This document shows positions 50,594 to 61,490 of a stretch of 64,000 bases of DNA, piece by piece. This DNA is from an uncultured Micavibrio sp. Lineage in GTDB: Bacteria; Pseudomonadota; Alphaproteobacteria; Micavibrionales; Micavibrionaceae. Position 1 is the first letter of the stretch. Every line of letters begins with the position of its first letter. The position numbers and the translations under genes are program-made. The stretch spans positions 23,255 to 87,254 of the forward strand of contig CAZWGO010000006.1 of NCBI GenBank assembly GCA_964633355.1. The letters are read 5' to 3'. The notes below the pieces were generated by a model, which was not told where the DNA came from, made no database searches, and saw nothing but the letters and a program-made list of their open reading frames with translations.

Positions 50594-51394
50594 ATGAGTA
50601 CACAGATTCATCCATCTGCCATTATTGATCCCAAAGCCCGGCTTGGAGCTAATGTGAAAATTGGTCCTTTTTCTGTTGTGGGCGCGAATGTTCAGCTTCA
50701 TGACAATGTCGAGCTGAAATCCCATGTGGTGGTTGAAGGAAATACAACGGTGGGCGAAGGCACGATAATCTATCCTTTTGCCTCCATCGGTCATGCGCCA
50801 CAGGATTTAAAATTTCATGGCGAAGCTTCCGAGCTTATTATCGGTAAGAATAATAAAATCCGTGAACATGCGACGATGAATCCCGGAACTGAAGCCGGCG
50901 CGATGAAAACAATCGTTGGTGATAATTGTCTTTTTATGATGAGTACACATGTGGCGCATGATTGTATTCTTGGCAATAACGTCATAATGGCAAACAATGC
51001 GACGCTGGGAGGACATGTCGTTGTCGGCGATCATGTTTTGCTGGGCGGATTATCAGCAGTACACCAATTCGTTCGCATCGGCTCTTACGCCGTTATCGGT
51101 GGTATGAGCGGTGTCGAAAGTGATGTTATTCCTTATGGCCGTGTCAAAGGTGAGCGCGCGTTTCTTGCCGGATTAAATTTAATAGGCCTTGAACGTAACG
51201 GCTTTAACAAGGACCAGATTAGAAATCTTCAGCGCGCTTTTAACCAACTCTTCGGTGATGAAGGCACGATGGATCAACGGATTGAAATGGTCTCTTCCGA
51301 TTTCAACTCCGATCAGGCTGTTAAAGAAATTATCGAATTCGCACGCGGCAAGACAAAATTCCCCCTCTGTACGCCTTCCAAGAAAGCGGCCTGA
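50594..51394 (+). CDS. lpxA: acyl-ACP-UDP-N-acetylglucosamine O-acyltransferase
   Basis: 266 aa with IHPSAIIDPKA.LG, hexapeptide repeats and HVAHDC. Confidence 0.95.
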   Translation: MSTQIHPSAIIDPKARLGANVKIGPFSVVGANVQLHDNVELKSHVVVEGNTTVGEGTIIYPFASIGHAPQDLKFHGEASELIIGKNNKIREHATMNPGTEAGAMKTIVGDNCLFMMSTHVAHDCILGNNVIMANNATLGGHVVVGDHVLLGGLSAVHQFVRIGSYAVIGGMSGVESDVIPYGRVKGERAFLAGLNLIGLERNGFNKDQIRNLQRAFNQLFGDEGTMDQRIEMVSSDFNSDQAVKEIIEFARGKTKFPLCTPSKKAA

Positions 51395-51396
51395 TC

Positions 51397-52209
51397 GTGC
51401 GTCCCGGCTTGATCGCTGGCGCAGGAAAACTGCCTTATCTTTTGATTGAAAAATGGGAAGAGCAAGGACTATCACCGGCCATTATTGCCATCGATGGTTT
51501 TGCAGAACCCGATCTTTATGCGGGTAGAACCGGCACCACTATTCCTCTTGGTTCTGCTGGTAAAATGATTTCTTATCTCAAAGAAAATAACGTCACTGAT
51601 CTGGTCGTCACGGGCCGCGTATCGCGCCCAGATGTTATGAAGTTGAGGCCTGATCCTCGCGGTATGATGGTTATCGCAAAAATTCTTTTGAAAAAGAAAA
51701 TCGGTGATGATGCGCTTCTTCGCATCATAAAATCTGAAATTGAAAAGGACGGGTTTAATTTACGTTCGGTTCAGGAATTTGTGCCAGAGATTTTAACACC
51801 CGAAGGGCTTTTAACTAAAACGCCGATACCTCCGGAAGCGTTAGAGTCCATCGATCTTGGCTTTCAAGCGTCCCGTGATCATGGAGCGAAAGATCTGGGT
51901 CAGTCAGTCATCGTGCAAAATGGTTCTGTCATCGGCGTTGAAAGCGAGAAGGGCACAAATGCTCTCATACGCGAAGCTGCCAGGAATAAGCAAACTGGCT
52001 CGGGACCTATTCTCGTCAAGACTTGTAAACCACAGCAGGAAAAGGCTCTTGATTTGCCGACAGTCGGCATTTCAACGGCGAAGGAAGTTCAGGCGGCTGG
52101 TTTTTCAGGTATTGTTTTACAAGCGCATGATACTATTCTTCTCGACCGCGAAGAGGTAATTGCCTTTTGCGATGCGCATAATATTTTTCTCTACGGGAAA
52201 ACGGCATGA
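51397..52209 (+). CDS. lpxI: UDP-2,3-diacylglucosamine pyrophosphatase LpxI (DUF1009)
   Basis: 270 aa with a GTG start and GLIAGAGKLP, in the alphaproteobacterial position between lpxA and lpxB. Contains DLPTVG. Confidence 0.85.
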   Translation: MRPGLIAGAGKLPYLLIEKWEEQGLSPAIIAIDGFAEPDLYAGRTGTTIPLGSAGKMISYLKENNVTDLVVTGRVSRPDVMKLRPDPRGMMVIAKILLKKKIGDDALLRIIKSEIEKDGFNLRSVQEFVPEILTPEGLLTKTPIPPEALESIDLGFQASRDHGAKDLGQSVIVQNGSVIGVESEKGTNALIREAARNKQTGSGPILVKTCKPQQEKALDLPTVGISTAKEVQAAGFSGIVLQAHDTILLDREEVIAFCDAHNIFLYGKTA

Positions 52210-53348
52210 AAATTTTTATTATCGCAGGCGAAGCGTCAGGCGACCAATTAGGCGCCGCCGTTCTGCAAAGTTTGAAAAGAATAGTGCCTGAAGTGGATAT
52301 ACGCGGCATTGGTGCGGAAGCGATTATAAATGCAGGATTGCACGAAAGCCTGTTCCCAATGGAAGAATTGTCTTTAATGGGCGTGGCGGAAATCCTTCCT
52401 GAAATTCCGCATATGCTTAAACGTATTCGTCAGACGGTCGATGCAATTAAAGTTTATAATCCTGACATTGTCTTAAGCGTCGATTGTCCTGAATTTTCTT
52501 TGCGCGTTCAGGAAAAACTTGCCGAAACATCCTGCCGCGCCAAACGTATTCATATGGTCGCGCCCAGCGTCTGGGCATGGCGTCCCGGGCGGGCGAAGAA
52601 AATTGCCAGATTTCTTGACGGTATTATGTGCCTGTTTCCCTTCGAGCCGCCCTATTTTGAGCGTGAAGGCTTGAACGCCGTATTTATAGGTCACACGATG
52701 ATGGGGTCGGGAATACTCGACGCCAATGGCGCGAATTTTCGTTTTCGTCACATGATCGGAAATGACCGAAAAGTGGTTGGATTGTTTTTTGGCAGTCGTA
52801 AGGCAGAGATCGAGAGATGTTCCGATATTATTCTAGATGCAGCATGTGAGCTGCGGAAAGAAAATCCCGATATTTATTTTATCGCGCCAACCATTCCACG
52901 TTGGAAAGAATTTCTGGAAGAAAAATTTAAAGAGCGCTTCTTGAACGGCATGGTTCTGACCGACGAAAAGTGGGATTCTTTTGCCGCTTGCGATGCGGCG
53001 ATTGTTGTTTCAGGTACAGTTGCGCTTGAAATTGCCGTGGTCGGCGTGCCACACGTCGTGACCTATAAAATGAATCCTGTCACATGGAAAGTTTTTCGCC
53101 GTTTCGTTAAAACGCCGTTCGGACATTTGGCTAATATTCTTCTAGGCCGCGAATCTGTACCGGAATTCATGCAGGAAAGAGCGACAAGTAAGAACATCGC
53201 GCCTGCAGTGTCAAAACTCTTAAGCGATACAGAAGAACGTCGATTGCAATGTCACGATCTCAAGAATGTACGCTCGTTTCTGATGGCGGATAATAAAAAT
53301 CCGGCAGATGTGGCTGCCGGATTCTTGATTGATTCTATTTCGTCCTAG
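52206..53348 (+). CDS. lpxB: lipid-A-disaccharide synthase
   Basis: Contains [16 protein letters not shown] and [10 protein letters not shown]. Confidence 0.94.
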   Translation: MKIFIIAGEASGDQLGAAVLQSLKRIVPEVDIRGIGAEAIINAGLHESLFPMEELSLMGVAEILPEIPHMLKRIRQTVDAIKVYNPDIVLSVDCPEFSLRVQEKLAETSCRAKRIHMVAPSVWAWRPGRAKKIARFLDGIMCLFPFEPPYFEREGLNAVFIGHTMMGSGILDANGANFRFRHMIGNDRKVVGLFFGSRKAEIERCSDIILDAACELRKENPDIYFIAPTIPRWKEFLEEKFKERFLNGMVLTDEKWDSFAACDAAIVVSGTVALEIAVVGVPHVVTYKMNPVTWKVFRRFVKTPFGHLANILLGRESVPEFMQERATSKNIAPAVSKLLSDTEERRLQCHDLKNVRSFLMADNKNPADVAAGFLIDSISS

Positions 53349-54652
53349 CGTTTTTCAACAGGCACAAATTCTCGTTGCTTTGCACCGTTGTATAGCTGGC
53401 GGGGACGGCCAATGCGGTTGGCTGGCTCTTCCATCATTTCTTTCCACTGCGATACCCATCCGACTGTGCGAGCAACGGCAAAAAGAACCGTAAACATGCT
53501 GACAGGGAAGCCCATTGCCTTCAGGATAATGCCTGAATAGAAATCGACATTCGGATACAGCTTACGGTCAATGAAATATTGATCGGAGAGGGCGATACGC
53601 TCCAATTCCATGGCGATATCGAGAAGCGGGTCTTTGACGCCCAGTTCTGCCAGAACCTTGTCGCATGACTCTTTCATCACGGTTGCGCGTGGATCGAAGT
53701 TTTTATAGACGCGGTGACCAAAGCCCATCAATTTGTATTTCTTGGTTTTTACGCCTTCAATAAATTCAGGGATTTTGTCTACTGAACCAATTTCGGCCAG
53801 CATTTCAAGGACGGCCTGGTTTGCACCGCCATGGGCAGGACCCCAAAGAGAGGCAATACCGGCAGCGATACATGCGAATGGGTTGGCTTGTGACGAGCCG
53901 GCAAGACGGACCGTCGATGTCGATGCATTTTGTTCATGGTCTGCGTGAAGAATAAATATCTTATCCATCGCGTCGGCCAAAATAGGGTTCACCTTGTATG
54001 GTTCTGCCGGAACGGCAAAACACATATGTAGGAAGTTTTCGGCAAAACCGAGATCGTTGCGCGGATACACAAACGGCTGGCCGATTGAATATTTGAACGC
54101 CATCGCCGCCAGTGTCGGCAATTTGGCAATCAGGCGGTGGGCGGAGATTTCGCGCTGATCCGGATCGTTGATATCCAGAGAGTCATGATAGAACGCTGCC
54201 AAAGCACCTACAACGCCGCACATAATCGCCATAGGGTGGGCATCACGACGGAAACCACGGAAAAAGAATTGCAATTGTTCGTGCACCATCGTGTGATAGG
54301 TAATGTCTTTTTTGAATTTTTCGAATTGTTGCTTATTCGGCAGATCGCCGTATAGCAGGGCATGTGCGACATCAAGAAATGTCGAGTATTCAGCAAGGTC
54401 TTTAATATCATAGCCGCGGTGAAGCAGAATACCTTTATCGCCATCGATAAAAGTAATGCGTGATTTACAGCTGGCGGTTGATGTGAAAGCCGGGTCTAAC
54501 GTAAAGTGATCTGTTTCTTCGTAGAGGGGGCGGATATCGATAACGCTAGGGCCCATTGTACCGTCCAAAACTGGCAGTTTCCAGTTTTCGCCTGTCTGGT
54601 CGTTGGTCAGCGTAAATGTTTTTCCGGTCGGGTTATCTTGTGAAGCAGACAT
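53345..54652 (-). CDS. gltA: citrate synthase
   Basis: Contains [28 protein letters not shown] and NVDFYSG. I prefer the start MSASQDNP at 54652, which has AAAGGA upstream; the track start is 54703. Its 3' end overlaps lpxB by 4 nt (convergent). Confidence 0.95.
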   Translation of the reverse strand: MSASQDNPTGKTFTLTNDQTGENWKLPVLDGTMGPSVIDIRPLYEETDHFTLDPAFTSTASCKSRITFIDGDKGILLHRGYDIKDLAEYSTFLDVAHALLYGDLPNKQQFEKFKKDITYHTMVHEQLQFFFRGFRRDAHPMAIMCGVVGALAAFYHDSLDINDPDQREISAHRLIAKLPTLAAMAFKYSIGQPFVYPRNDLGFAENFLHMCFAVPAEPYKVNPILADAMDKIFILHADHEQNASTSTVRLAGSSQANPFACIAAGIASLWGPAHGGANQAVLEMLAEIGSVDKIPEFIEGVKTKKYKLMGFGHRVYKNFDPRATVMKESCDKVLAELGVKDPLLDIAMELERIALSDQYFIDRKLYPNVDFYSGIILKAMGFPVSMFTVLFAVARTVGWVSQWKEMMEEPANRIGRPRQLYNGAKQREFVPVEKR

Positions 54653-54738
54653 ATTATGATGATCCTTTTGAAATAAGACAGGCTTTAGAAGCTGGGAAGT
54701 CAAAGGTAAGTCAGGATGGTTAATTTCTTCTAAACAAA

Positions 54739-56130
54739 CTAGGCTTTCGACAAGGCAGCTTCAAGTCGTCGTATTGTTTCTTCTTTCCCTAATGCTTCGG
54801 CAATGTGCGGAATGGAGGGGGAAACACCGCGACCGGTTAAAGCGGCCCGAAACGGCATCATGACTTTCCCCAATTTGCCACCGAAATCCGATTGTGAAAG
54901 CTCCTTTGTCATAGTTTCTATATTGCTGGATTCGAAAGCAGATAGAGAAGATATTTTCTCCAGGATTTTGCGAAGGGCAGACAGGCCCTCTTCTGTAAAC
55001 TGACCTTGAGCTTTCTCGTCATAAGATGAAATCGTACCGATCATGATTTCCGCTTCATCGGCCATTTGGACAATAGTTTTATGACGAGATTTCAATTCAT
55101 CCATCATTTTTAGAATGCGAGTTTTTTCTTGTGCATTTGGCACCGCTTTTAAAAAGGGCACAATCAGATCATAGAGGCGCTCATTATCCGCAAGCTTTAA
55201 ATAATGCGCATTGATGAAATTCAACTTGTTGTAGTCCCATCGCGCCGGAGATTTAACGATGCCATCCAGATCGAACCATTCAATGGCCTGTTCGCGGGAA
55301 ATGATTTCATCGTCACCATGACCCCAGCCAAGTTTCAAAATATAATTGCACATCGCTTCGGGCAGATAACCCATGTCGCGATATTCCTCGACACTGGCCG
55401 CGCCCTTGCGCTTTGACATCTTGCCACCGCTCTCATCGAGGATCAGTGGAATATGCGCGTAAACCGGAATATCCCAATTCAGAGCAGTGTAAATAATATT
55501 CTGGCGGAAGGTATTATTAAGGTGGTCGTCGCCGCGTATGACATGCGTGACACCCATATCATGATCGTCAACCACGACAGCCAGCATATAAGTCGGCACG
55601 CCGTCGGAGCGAAGGATAATAAAATCATCCAGATGGTCCGCAGATACTTTGACTTCGCCCTGAACCTCGTCCTGAACGATGCTTTCGCCTTCTAGCGGCG
55701 CTTTAATACGAATAACGGGTTTGATATCGGCAGGCGGTGTTTCCTTGCTATCACGCCATCTGCGGTCGTAAAACTGGTTGCTACCTGCCTCCATTGCTTT
55801 AGTACGCATCTCTTCCAGTTCTTCCGGCGAGCAATAGCAATAATAGGCCTTACCATCTTTCACGAGTTGCTCAGCAATTTCCTGATGGCGTTCACGCCGC
55901 GCATATTGGGAAACGATCTCACCATCCCAGTCAAGGCCCAGCCATTGCATGCCGCGGATCAAGGCTTCAACCGCTTCTTCGGAATGGCGCTCGCGGTCCG
56001 TATCTTCGATACGGAATGTCATTTTGCCTCCCGAATGTTTGGCGTAGAGCCAATTGAACAGGGCGGTGCGGGCGGTCCCGATATGCATGAAACCGGTCGG
56101 GGAAGGGGGAAAACGGGTGATGACTGTCAT
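54739..56130 (-). CDS. gltX: glutamyl-tRNA synthetase
   Basis: HIGH motif [16 protein letters not shown] and KMSKR motif. Confidence 0.95.
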   Translation of the reverse strand: MTVITRFPPSPTGFMHIGTARTALFNWLYAKHSGGKMTFRIEDTDRERHSEEAVEALIRGMQWLGLDWDGEIVSQYARRERHQEIAEQLVKDGKAYYCYCSPEELEEMRTKAMEAGSNQFYDRRWRDSKETPPADIKPVIRIKAPLEGESIVQDEVQGEVKVSADHLDDFIILRSDGVPTYMLAVVVDDHDMGVTHVIRGDDHLNNTFRQNIIYTALNWDIPVYAHIPLILDESGGKMSKRKGAASVEEYRDMGYLPEAMCNYILKLGWGHGDDEIISREQAIEWFDLDGIVKSPARWDYNKLNFINAHYLKLADNERLYDLIVPFLKAVPNAQEKTRILKMMDELKSRHKTIVQMADEAEIMIGTISSYDEKAQGQFTEEGLSALRKILEKISSLSAFESSNIETMTKELSQSDFGGKLGKVMMPFRAALTGRGVSPSIPHIAEALGKEETIRRLEAALSKA

Positions 56131-56153
56131 TCCCCATAACTACACTATTCGCC

Positions 56154-56173
56154 ATTCCTGCGAAAGGAGGAAT
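56154..56173. repeat. degenerate REP-like hairpin upstream of gltX
   Basis: attcct-gcgaaagg-aggaat. It is preceded at 56126 by ctgtcattcc, the same head as the element at 10093, and the gltX start codon lies within that head. Confidence 0.45.
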
Positions 56174-56252
56174 CTCCCTTTAAAAACATGCCTATTAGAT
56201 CCCTTCTTTCGCAAGGATGACGAATTTTGTATAAATAATTCGGGGGAAGCTT

Positions 56253-58355
56253 TTGTTAGAAAAACTTGATAACTGGCTTGGCAGCCAAAAAGATAATCTG
56301 ATCCTGTGGATCCCGGTTTTTCTCGGGATAGGGTCCGCCGTTTATTTCTCTCTTTTGTTTGAACCTGTAAAATTATTTACCGCTTTTTTATGGATTGCTT
56401 CTCTTATCGCTCTGCTTGCGGTTTTCACCCGTCGTGGTGAGATCAAATTTATCTGGTTTTTTCTTATCCTGGCAGTCTTCTTATCCGTAAGCGGGTTCAG
56501 TCTTGCGCAGCTTAAAACCAATATCGCCTATACACCCTTACTCTCGAAAGAAACACGCCCCTTAATCGCCGAGGGCAGGGTGGCGCATACAGAAATTCTA
56601 GATGGCCGCAAAGGTACATTAGTGATTCTCGACAACGTCAAACTTGAAAACTTTGAAGCGACAGACACGCCGAAGAAAATTCGCCTGACATCGAAACTGC
56701 GCGTGCGGTTTAATTTGGGTGAACGCGTGCAAATGCTGGTCAAGCTGACGCCGCCGTCGATGCCGGTTATGCCCGGCGCGTATGATTTCCGGCGGCATTA
56801 TTATTTCGACGGTATAGGTGCCATGGGGTTTATTCTAAAAAAGCCTGTCGTTATTGCCGCTCCTCCAGAAAACGACATGTCGCTCGCACTAGAACGTTTG
56901 CGCAAAACTATGGGCGAACATATCAAAGCTTTATTACCGTCCAGAATTTCTGGCATCGTTACCGCGCTTGTGACGGGTGAACGTGCTGCGATTCAGGAAG
57001 AGGATTGGGATGCATTGCGGATTTCGGGACTGGCTCATATTATCTCTATCTCCGGCCTGCATGTGGTATTGATGGCCACGCCTATTTTCTTTTTTGTGCG
57101 CCTATTCCTTGCCGCCATTCCGCATCTGGCGCTGCGTTACCCCATCAAGAAAATAGCGGCGGTCGTGGCTTTGATCGGCTGCAGCCTCTATGTCGCATTG
57201 GTTGTGCCCACGGTGCCGACCTACCGCGCACTGCTCATGACTGGAATAGGATTGATCGCCATCATGATTGACCAATCGCCGTTTTCGCTCAGACTGGTAT
57301 CGTTCGCGGCCATCATTGTTTTATTGTTTGCGCCGGAGAGTATCTGGTCAGCGAGCTTCCAGCTTTCTTTTGCGGCAGTTATATCTTTGATACTATCCGC
57401 CGAATGGACTCGTGAGTACTGGTCGAAATGGCGCAACAATGCGAGCCATATCCGTAAATTCCTTATCTATCTTGGCGGCAGTATTTTCACGACTCTTGTT
57501 GTCTCGATCATCACAGCGCCGCTCGCTGCCTATCATTTCCAGCAAATTCCGATTTATAGTGTTGTCGCCAATGCGCTGATTATACCGCTCTCGGCCATCA
57601 TTATTATGCCGATGACGATTGCGACTTTCCTGCTCTGGCCGTTCGGCGCACAGGATATCGCACTGAAAACGATGGGTTACGGGATTGAATGGATGCTGGC
57701 CATAGCCCATGGCGTGTCAGATTTGCCGGAAGCTTCATGGAATATCGCCGCTTGGCCGATATCCGCTATGGTTTGTTTTGTCTTCGCGGGGCTATCTTTA
57801 TATTTATTGCATGGCGGGACGCGATGGGTTTCCGCTATCGGCGTAGCAGCAGGCTCTGTTTTTATTTTCCTTTATCATCCGCCCTCTATATTGATTTCCC
57901 AAAGCGGTGGTTTGATGATGGTAAGGGATGGCGATAAAATTTATCTATCGTCATCAATGAAAGATAAATTCTTTGCGGAAAACTGGGTAAGGCGATTGGG
58001 GAAGGAAGAGGGATCAGCATTCTCTTTCCCCCGAGAAGGGCAGGTTTTATTATCGGATGGTTCGATCACCTGCGGAGAAGGTCAATGCCACATTATTCAT
58101 GATGATAAAAACATCACATGGGGTAATGATTATTATGCGCTAAAAACAGATTGCGACTGGGCAGATATCATCGTTACGCCAACGGCGTTTCGCGACCGCA
58201 ATTGCAAAGCGCGGATCAATAACAAATTCACATTAATGGATACGGGCGCGGTTGAAATTTCAGAAAATGGAAAAGCCAGTACTGTCGCGGCATCATTGGG
58301 CATCAGGCCATGGAGCCCTCCAGCAAAGCCATTTAAAATAGATAAGTTAAAATAG
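56253..58355 (+). CDS. comEC: ComEC/Rec2-family DNA internalisation channel protein
   Basis: 700 aa with a TTG start. Polytopic, with the competence-domain motif ISGLAHIISISGLHV. I see no HxHxDH metallo-beta-lactamase motif in the C-terminal part. Confidence 0.88.
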   Translation: MLEKLDNWLGSQKDNLILWIPVFLGIGSAVYFSLLFEPVKLFTAFLWIASLIALLAVFTRRGEIKFIWFFLILAVFLSVSGFSLAQLKTNIAYTPLLSKETRPLIAEGRVAHTEILDGRKGTLVILDNVKLENFEATDTPKKIRLTSKLRVRFNLGERVQMLVKLTPPSMPVMPGAYDFRRHYYFDGIGAMGFILKKPVVIAAPPENDMSLALERLRKTMGEHIKALLPSRISGIVTALVTGERAAIQEEDWDALRISGLAHIISISGLHVVLMATPIFFFVRLFLAAIPHLALRYPIKKIAAVVALIGCSLYVALVVPTVPTYRALLMTGIGLIAIMIDQSPFSLRLVSFAAIIVLLFAPESIWSASFQLSFAAVISLILSAEWTREYWSKWRNNASHIRKFLIYLGGSIFTTLVVSIITAPLAAYHFQQIPIYSVVANALIIPLSAIIIMPMTIATFLLWPFGAQDIALKTMGYGIEWMLAIAHGVSDLPEASWNIAAWPISAMVCFVFAGLSLYLLHGGTRWVSAIGVAAGSVFIFLYHPPSILISQSGGLMMVRDGDKIYLSSSMKDKFFAENWVRRLGKEEGSAFSFPREGQVLLSDGSITCGEGQCHIIHDDKNITWGNDYYALKTDCDWADIIVTPTAFRDRNCKARINNKFTLMDTGAVEISENGKASTVAASLGIRPWSPPAKPFKIDKLK

Positions 58356-58358
58356 TAT

Positions 58359-58387
58359 TTGACATATTATATATATTTAGGTATCTT
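58359..58387 (+). promoter_or_regulatory. putative sigma70 promoter of the 58409 ORF
   Basis: TTGACA, a 17-nt AT-rich spacer, then TATCTT. AGGAG follows 6 nt before the ATG. Confidence 0.45.
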
Positions 58388-58408
58388 GCTCCGAAATAGG
58401 AGAAATAT

Positions 58409-58948
58409 ATGTCCGTTTTTGATGCTCGCCAAAATTTATCAGATGATATTAGGGGAAGCCTTGTGGATCTGCACGAGAAATTAAAACTCCGTAGCCTTTG
58501 GTCTGATGCGCAGTCTAATTATAGTGCTTCTCATGATCTTGGGCTTGATATGTTAATGCAGACGGTGGAGCCATCAAATGCTCGCTATGTAGAAGATTTT
58601 GACACAAGAGCGGAATTCAGTGCCTTGCAGTTACGGATCGCACAAATTATCGGATTGGTTGATACCGAGCCAAAAGGCTATGAATCTGCCGTTCAGGAGC
58701 TCCCAACTGAATTGCTTCCGTATTGGGAGCTTAATGCAGAACGTGATGGCAATAAGGCTATGGCATTCGGTAGTAATATGGCAGGACGTTTTGAGTCGGG
58801 AATATCCAGACGTGTTGTGGTAAAACCGGAATATTTAGGCAACACTTTAGAGGCATGCGCAAACGAATTGCTGGATTCAAGTCATGCTGGCCAAGTTAAA
58901 GCATGGTGGGGAGAGCGATTTCCTGTACCACCACCAGAAGTTTGGTAA
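58409..58948 (+). CDS. hypothetical cytoplasmic protein (orphan) between comEC and lexA
   Basis: 179 aa with good promoter and SD signals and no signal peptide. I recognise no motif. Confidence 0.6.
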   Translation: MSVFDARQNLSDDIRGSLVDLHEKLKLRSLWSDAQSNYSASHDLGLDMLMQTVEPSNARYVEDFDTRAEFSALQLRIAQIIGLVDTEPKGYESAVQELPTELLPYWELNAERDGNKAMAFGSNMAGRFESGISRRVVVKPEYLGNTLEACANELLDSSHAGQVKAWWGERFPVPPPEVW

Positions 58949-58957
58949 TCAATTTCT

Positions 58958-59626
58958 TTAATGATACGTCCGGATCAAACTCGCGAGTTCGCCCTGAATC
59001 TGCACGCGGTCGGGGGTCAGGACGCGAGGCTTATAGGCATCGTTCTCCGGCTCCAGAATAACTTTTCCGGCTTCGCGGCGAAGGCGTTTTAATGTGACTT
59101 CCTGACCGTCGACAAGCGCAACGACAATTTTACCGTCACGCACTTGCGTGGTTTTCTTGATCACGACGATGTCATGGTCGTTAATACCGGCCTTGATCAT
59201 GGAATCGCCATCGACGCGCAGCGCATAATGGTCGCCATTACCAAGCAGGCTGGCCGGTACTTCAAAGAAATCGTTTTCATTGCGGATCGCTTCGATGGGC
59301 GTACCGGCGGCGATCTTGCCCAGCAGGGGCAGGGAGACGATATCCCCAAGCGTATCCATTATTTTGTCTTTCAAAGATGGCTTGGCCGTCTTTGCGCCTT
59401 CAGGCTTGAACCCTTCTGGCAGTTTCTTGACTTCCAAGGCACGAGCGCGATTTGGCAGACGCTCCAGATAGCCGCGCTCCACGAGAGAGGTAATCAGGCG
59501 GTGAATACCGGATTTGGATTTTAAGTCGAGGGCGTCTTTCATTTCCTCGAAAGACGGGGCGATATCGCCTTCTTTCATACGGTCATGGATAAAAAGCAGT
59601 AATTCGCGTTGTTTCTTGGTCAACAT
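58958..59626 (-). CDS. lexA: LexA repressor
   Basis: Winged-helix N-terminus (LTKKQRELLLFIHD...SGIHRLITSLVERGYL), an AG cleavage-site region (GKIAAGTPIEA) and an S24 domain (VDGDSM...KRL). Confidence 0.96.
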   Translation of the reverse strand: MLTKKQRELLLFIHDRMKEGDIAPSFEEMKDALDLKSKSGIHRLITSLVERGYLERLPNRARALEVKKLPEGFKPEGAKTAKPSLKDKIMDTLGDIVSLPLLGKIAAGTPIEAIRNENDFFEVPASLLGNGDHYALRVDGDSMIKAGINDHDIVVIKKTTQVRDGKIVVALVDGQEVTLKRLRREAGKVILEPENDAYKPRVLTPDRVQIQGELASLIRTYH

Positions 59627-59668
59627 AGACTAGTTATCCTATCATAGGGCCCGTTTTGGACTGTTTTC

Positions 59669-59683
59669 GTTCTATGTTAGTTC
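59669..59683. promoter_or_regulatory. alphaproteobacterial SOS (LexA) box GTTC-N7-GTTC
   Basis: gttctatgttagttc lies 43 bp upstream of the lexA start and abuts or overlaps the trpC stop codon. Confidence 0.75.
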
Positions 59684-60486
59684 TACTCCGATTCTGACCC
59701 TCTGCCAAGGAGTTTTTTGACAGCCTGCCCGATATCGGCTTCGCGCATCAGGCTTTCCCCGACCAGAAACGCGTCATAGCCAGCACTGAATAGGGATTTT
59801 AGATCATCGTGGCCGTGAATTCCGCTTTCCGCCACGCGGATAATATTGGCCGGAATTTTCTCTAAAAGAGCGAAGGCGGTATCGAGGCTCACCTCCAAAG
59901 TCTTGAGGCTGCGGGAATTAACGCCAAGCATTTTTGGCGACAGCTCAAGAGCACGATTTAGTTCTTCTTCATCATGTACTTCGACCAGAACATCCATGCC
60001 CAAATCTGTCGCCAGATTGTAAAGCATCCTTGCTGTCTTATCATCGAGCGCCGCCATGATGATCAAAATACAATCCGCGCCAAGCGCACGGCTTTCGACG
60101 ATCTGGTAAGGCGTGAGCATAAAATCCTTGCGGATACAGGGCAGGCGAATGACACTGCGCGCCGCTTCAAAATCCTCGTCGCTGCCTTTGAAATAAGGCT
60201 GATCGGTCAGGATCGAAACACAGGTCGCGCCATTACTTTCATAAGTCTTGGCTATCTTACGCGGATCGAAATCACTTCGGATAACACCTTTGCTTGGGCT
60301 CGCTTTTTTTACCTCGGCAATCAGGGCAGGCTCACCAGCTTCTTTTTTCTGGCGAATGGCGTGAATAAACCCCCGTGATACACTTTGAATTTTTGCACGC
60401 TCCGACATAACAACGTCGGGAATCAGATGTTGCATTCTCTGGACGTAATCCAGTTTCTCACGACATATTTCGGCTAATACGCTCAT
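59683..60486 (-). CDS. trpC: indole-3-glycerol-phosphate synthase
   Basis: Contains LIAEVKKASPSKG, CIRKDF and LVEVH. Confidence 0.95.
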   Translation of the reverse strand: MSVLAEICREKLDYVQRMQHLIPDVVMSERAKIQSVSRGFIHAIRQKKEAGEPALIAEVKKASPSKGVIRSDFDPRKIAKTYESNGATCVSILTDQPYFKGSDEDFEAARSVIRLPCIRKDFMLTPYQIVESRALGADCILIIMAALDDKTARMLYNLATDLGMDVLVEVHDEEELNRALELSPKMLGVNSRSLKTLEVSLDTAFALLEKIPANIIRVAESGIHGHDDLKSLFSAGYDAFLVGESLMREADIGQAVKKLLGRGSESE

Positions 60487-61490
60487 TTGTGATTCGTAAA
60501 ATCCCTGTAAGAGTTCAGCACAATTAAAGCCTTACCATCATCTATCGCTTTGGCTGCCATGGCAACCCCGTCTTTCAATGAATCTACTTTATCAGAAACC
60601 ATTAGCGCGGCGGCGGCATTGGCTAAAACAATATTCCTGTATGACGATTTCTCGCCTTCCAGCAAGCTCATCAAGGCCTTGGCATTTTCCTGTGCCAGAC
60701 CGCCTTCGATATCTTTCGCGATAATAGGAGGCAGACCGAAATCATCCGGCGTTAAAACCCGCTCAGAAATATCGCCGTTATCCAGAATGGTGCAATAGGT
60801 TTTTCCGGTCAGGGTGATTTCATCGAGGCCATCTTCACCGTGAACGATCCATGCTTTTTCAGTCCCAAGTTCCCGCAGCACTTGCGCAAACACAGGCAAA
60901 AGCTTGCGATCATACACACCGATCAATTGGCGCTTTGTATTGGCAGGATTGGCTAGCGGCCCGAGCAGGTTGAAGATCGTGCGGAAACCAAGCTCTTTGC
61001 GAAGCGCGGCCAACGGTTTTAAAACCGTATGATGATGAGGCGCCATCAGGAAACAAAAATTGATATCCTCAAGTGCCTTTTCGCAATCTTCCTTACTGAC
61101 GACCAGATTAACGCCGAGCGCTTCCAGAACATCCGCCGCGCCAGATTTTGAGCTTGCCGCGCGGTTGCCATGTTTCGCAACCGGCACGCCGCACCCGGCC
61201 AGTATCAACGCCGTCGCCGTTGAAATATTATATGTACCCGAGGAATCGCCGCCGGTGCCGCAGCAATCGATAGATTTTTCCGGCGCAAAAATCGGATCTA
61301 CCTTGTCTTTCAAAAATCCAACCGCACCTATAATTTCTTCAGGTGTCTCACCGCGCAAAGACATGCCCATAAGAAACGCACCGATTTGTGCCTGCGTGTA
61401 TTTGCCTTTCGTAATGCCGGATAAGGCTTCGTACATTTCATGACGGTCGAGCGCTTCGCCTGACCTGATTTTGATTAAAATTTCCTGCAT
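60483..61490 (-). CDS. trpD: anthranilate phosphoribosyltransferase
   Basis: Contains CGTGGDSSGTYNISTA and KHGNRAASSKSGAADVLEALG. Confidence 0.96.
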   Translation of the reverse strand: MQEILIKIRSGEALDRHEMYEALSGITKGKYTQAQIGAFLMGMSLRGETPEEIIGAVGFLKDKVDPIFAPEKSIDCCGTGGDSSGTYNISTATALILAGCGVPVAKHGNRAASSKSGAADVLEALGVNLVVSKEDCEKALEDINFCFLMAPHHHTVLKPLAALRKELGFRTIFNLLGPLANPANTKRQLIGVYDRKLLPVFAQVLRELGTEKAWIVHGEDGLDEITLTGKTYCTILDNGDISERVLTPDDFGLPPIIAKDIEGGLAQENAKALMSLLEGEKSSYRNIVLANAAAALMVSDKVDSLKDGVAMAAKAIDDGKALIVLNSYRDFTNHK

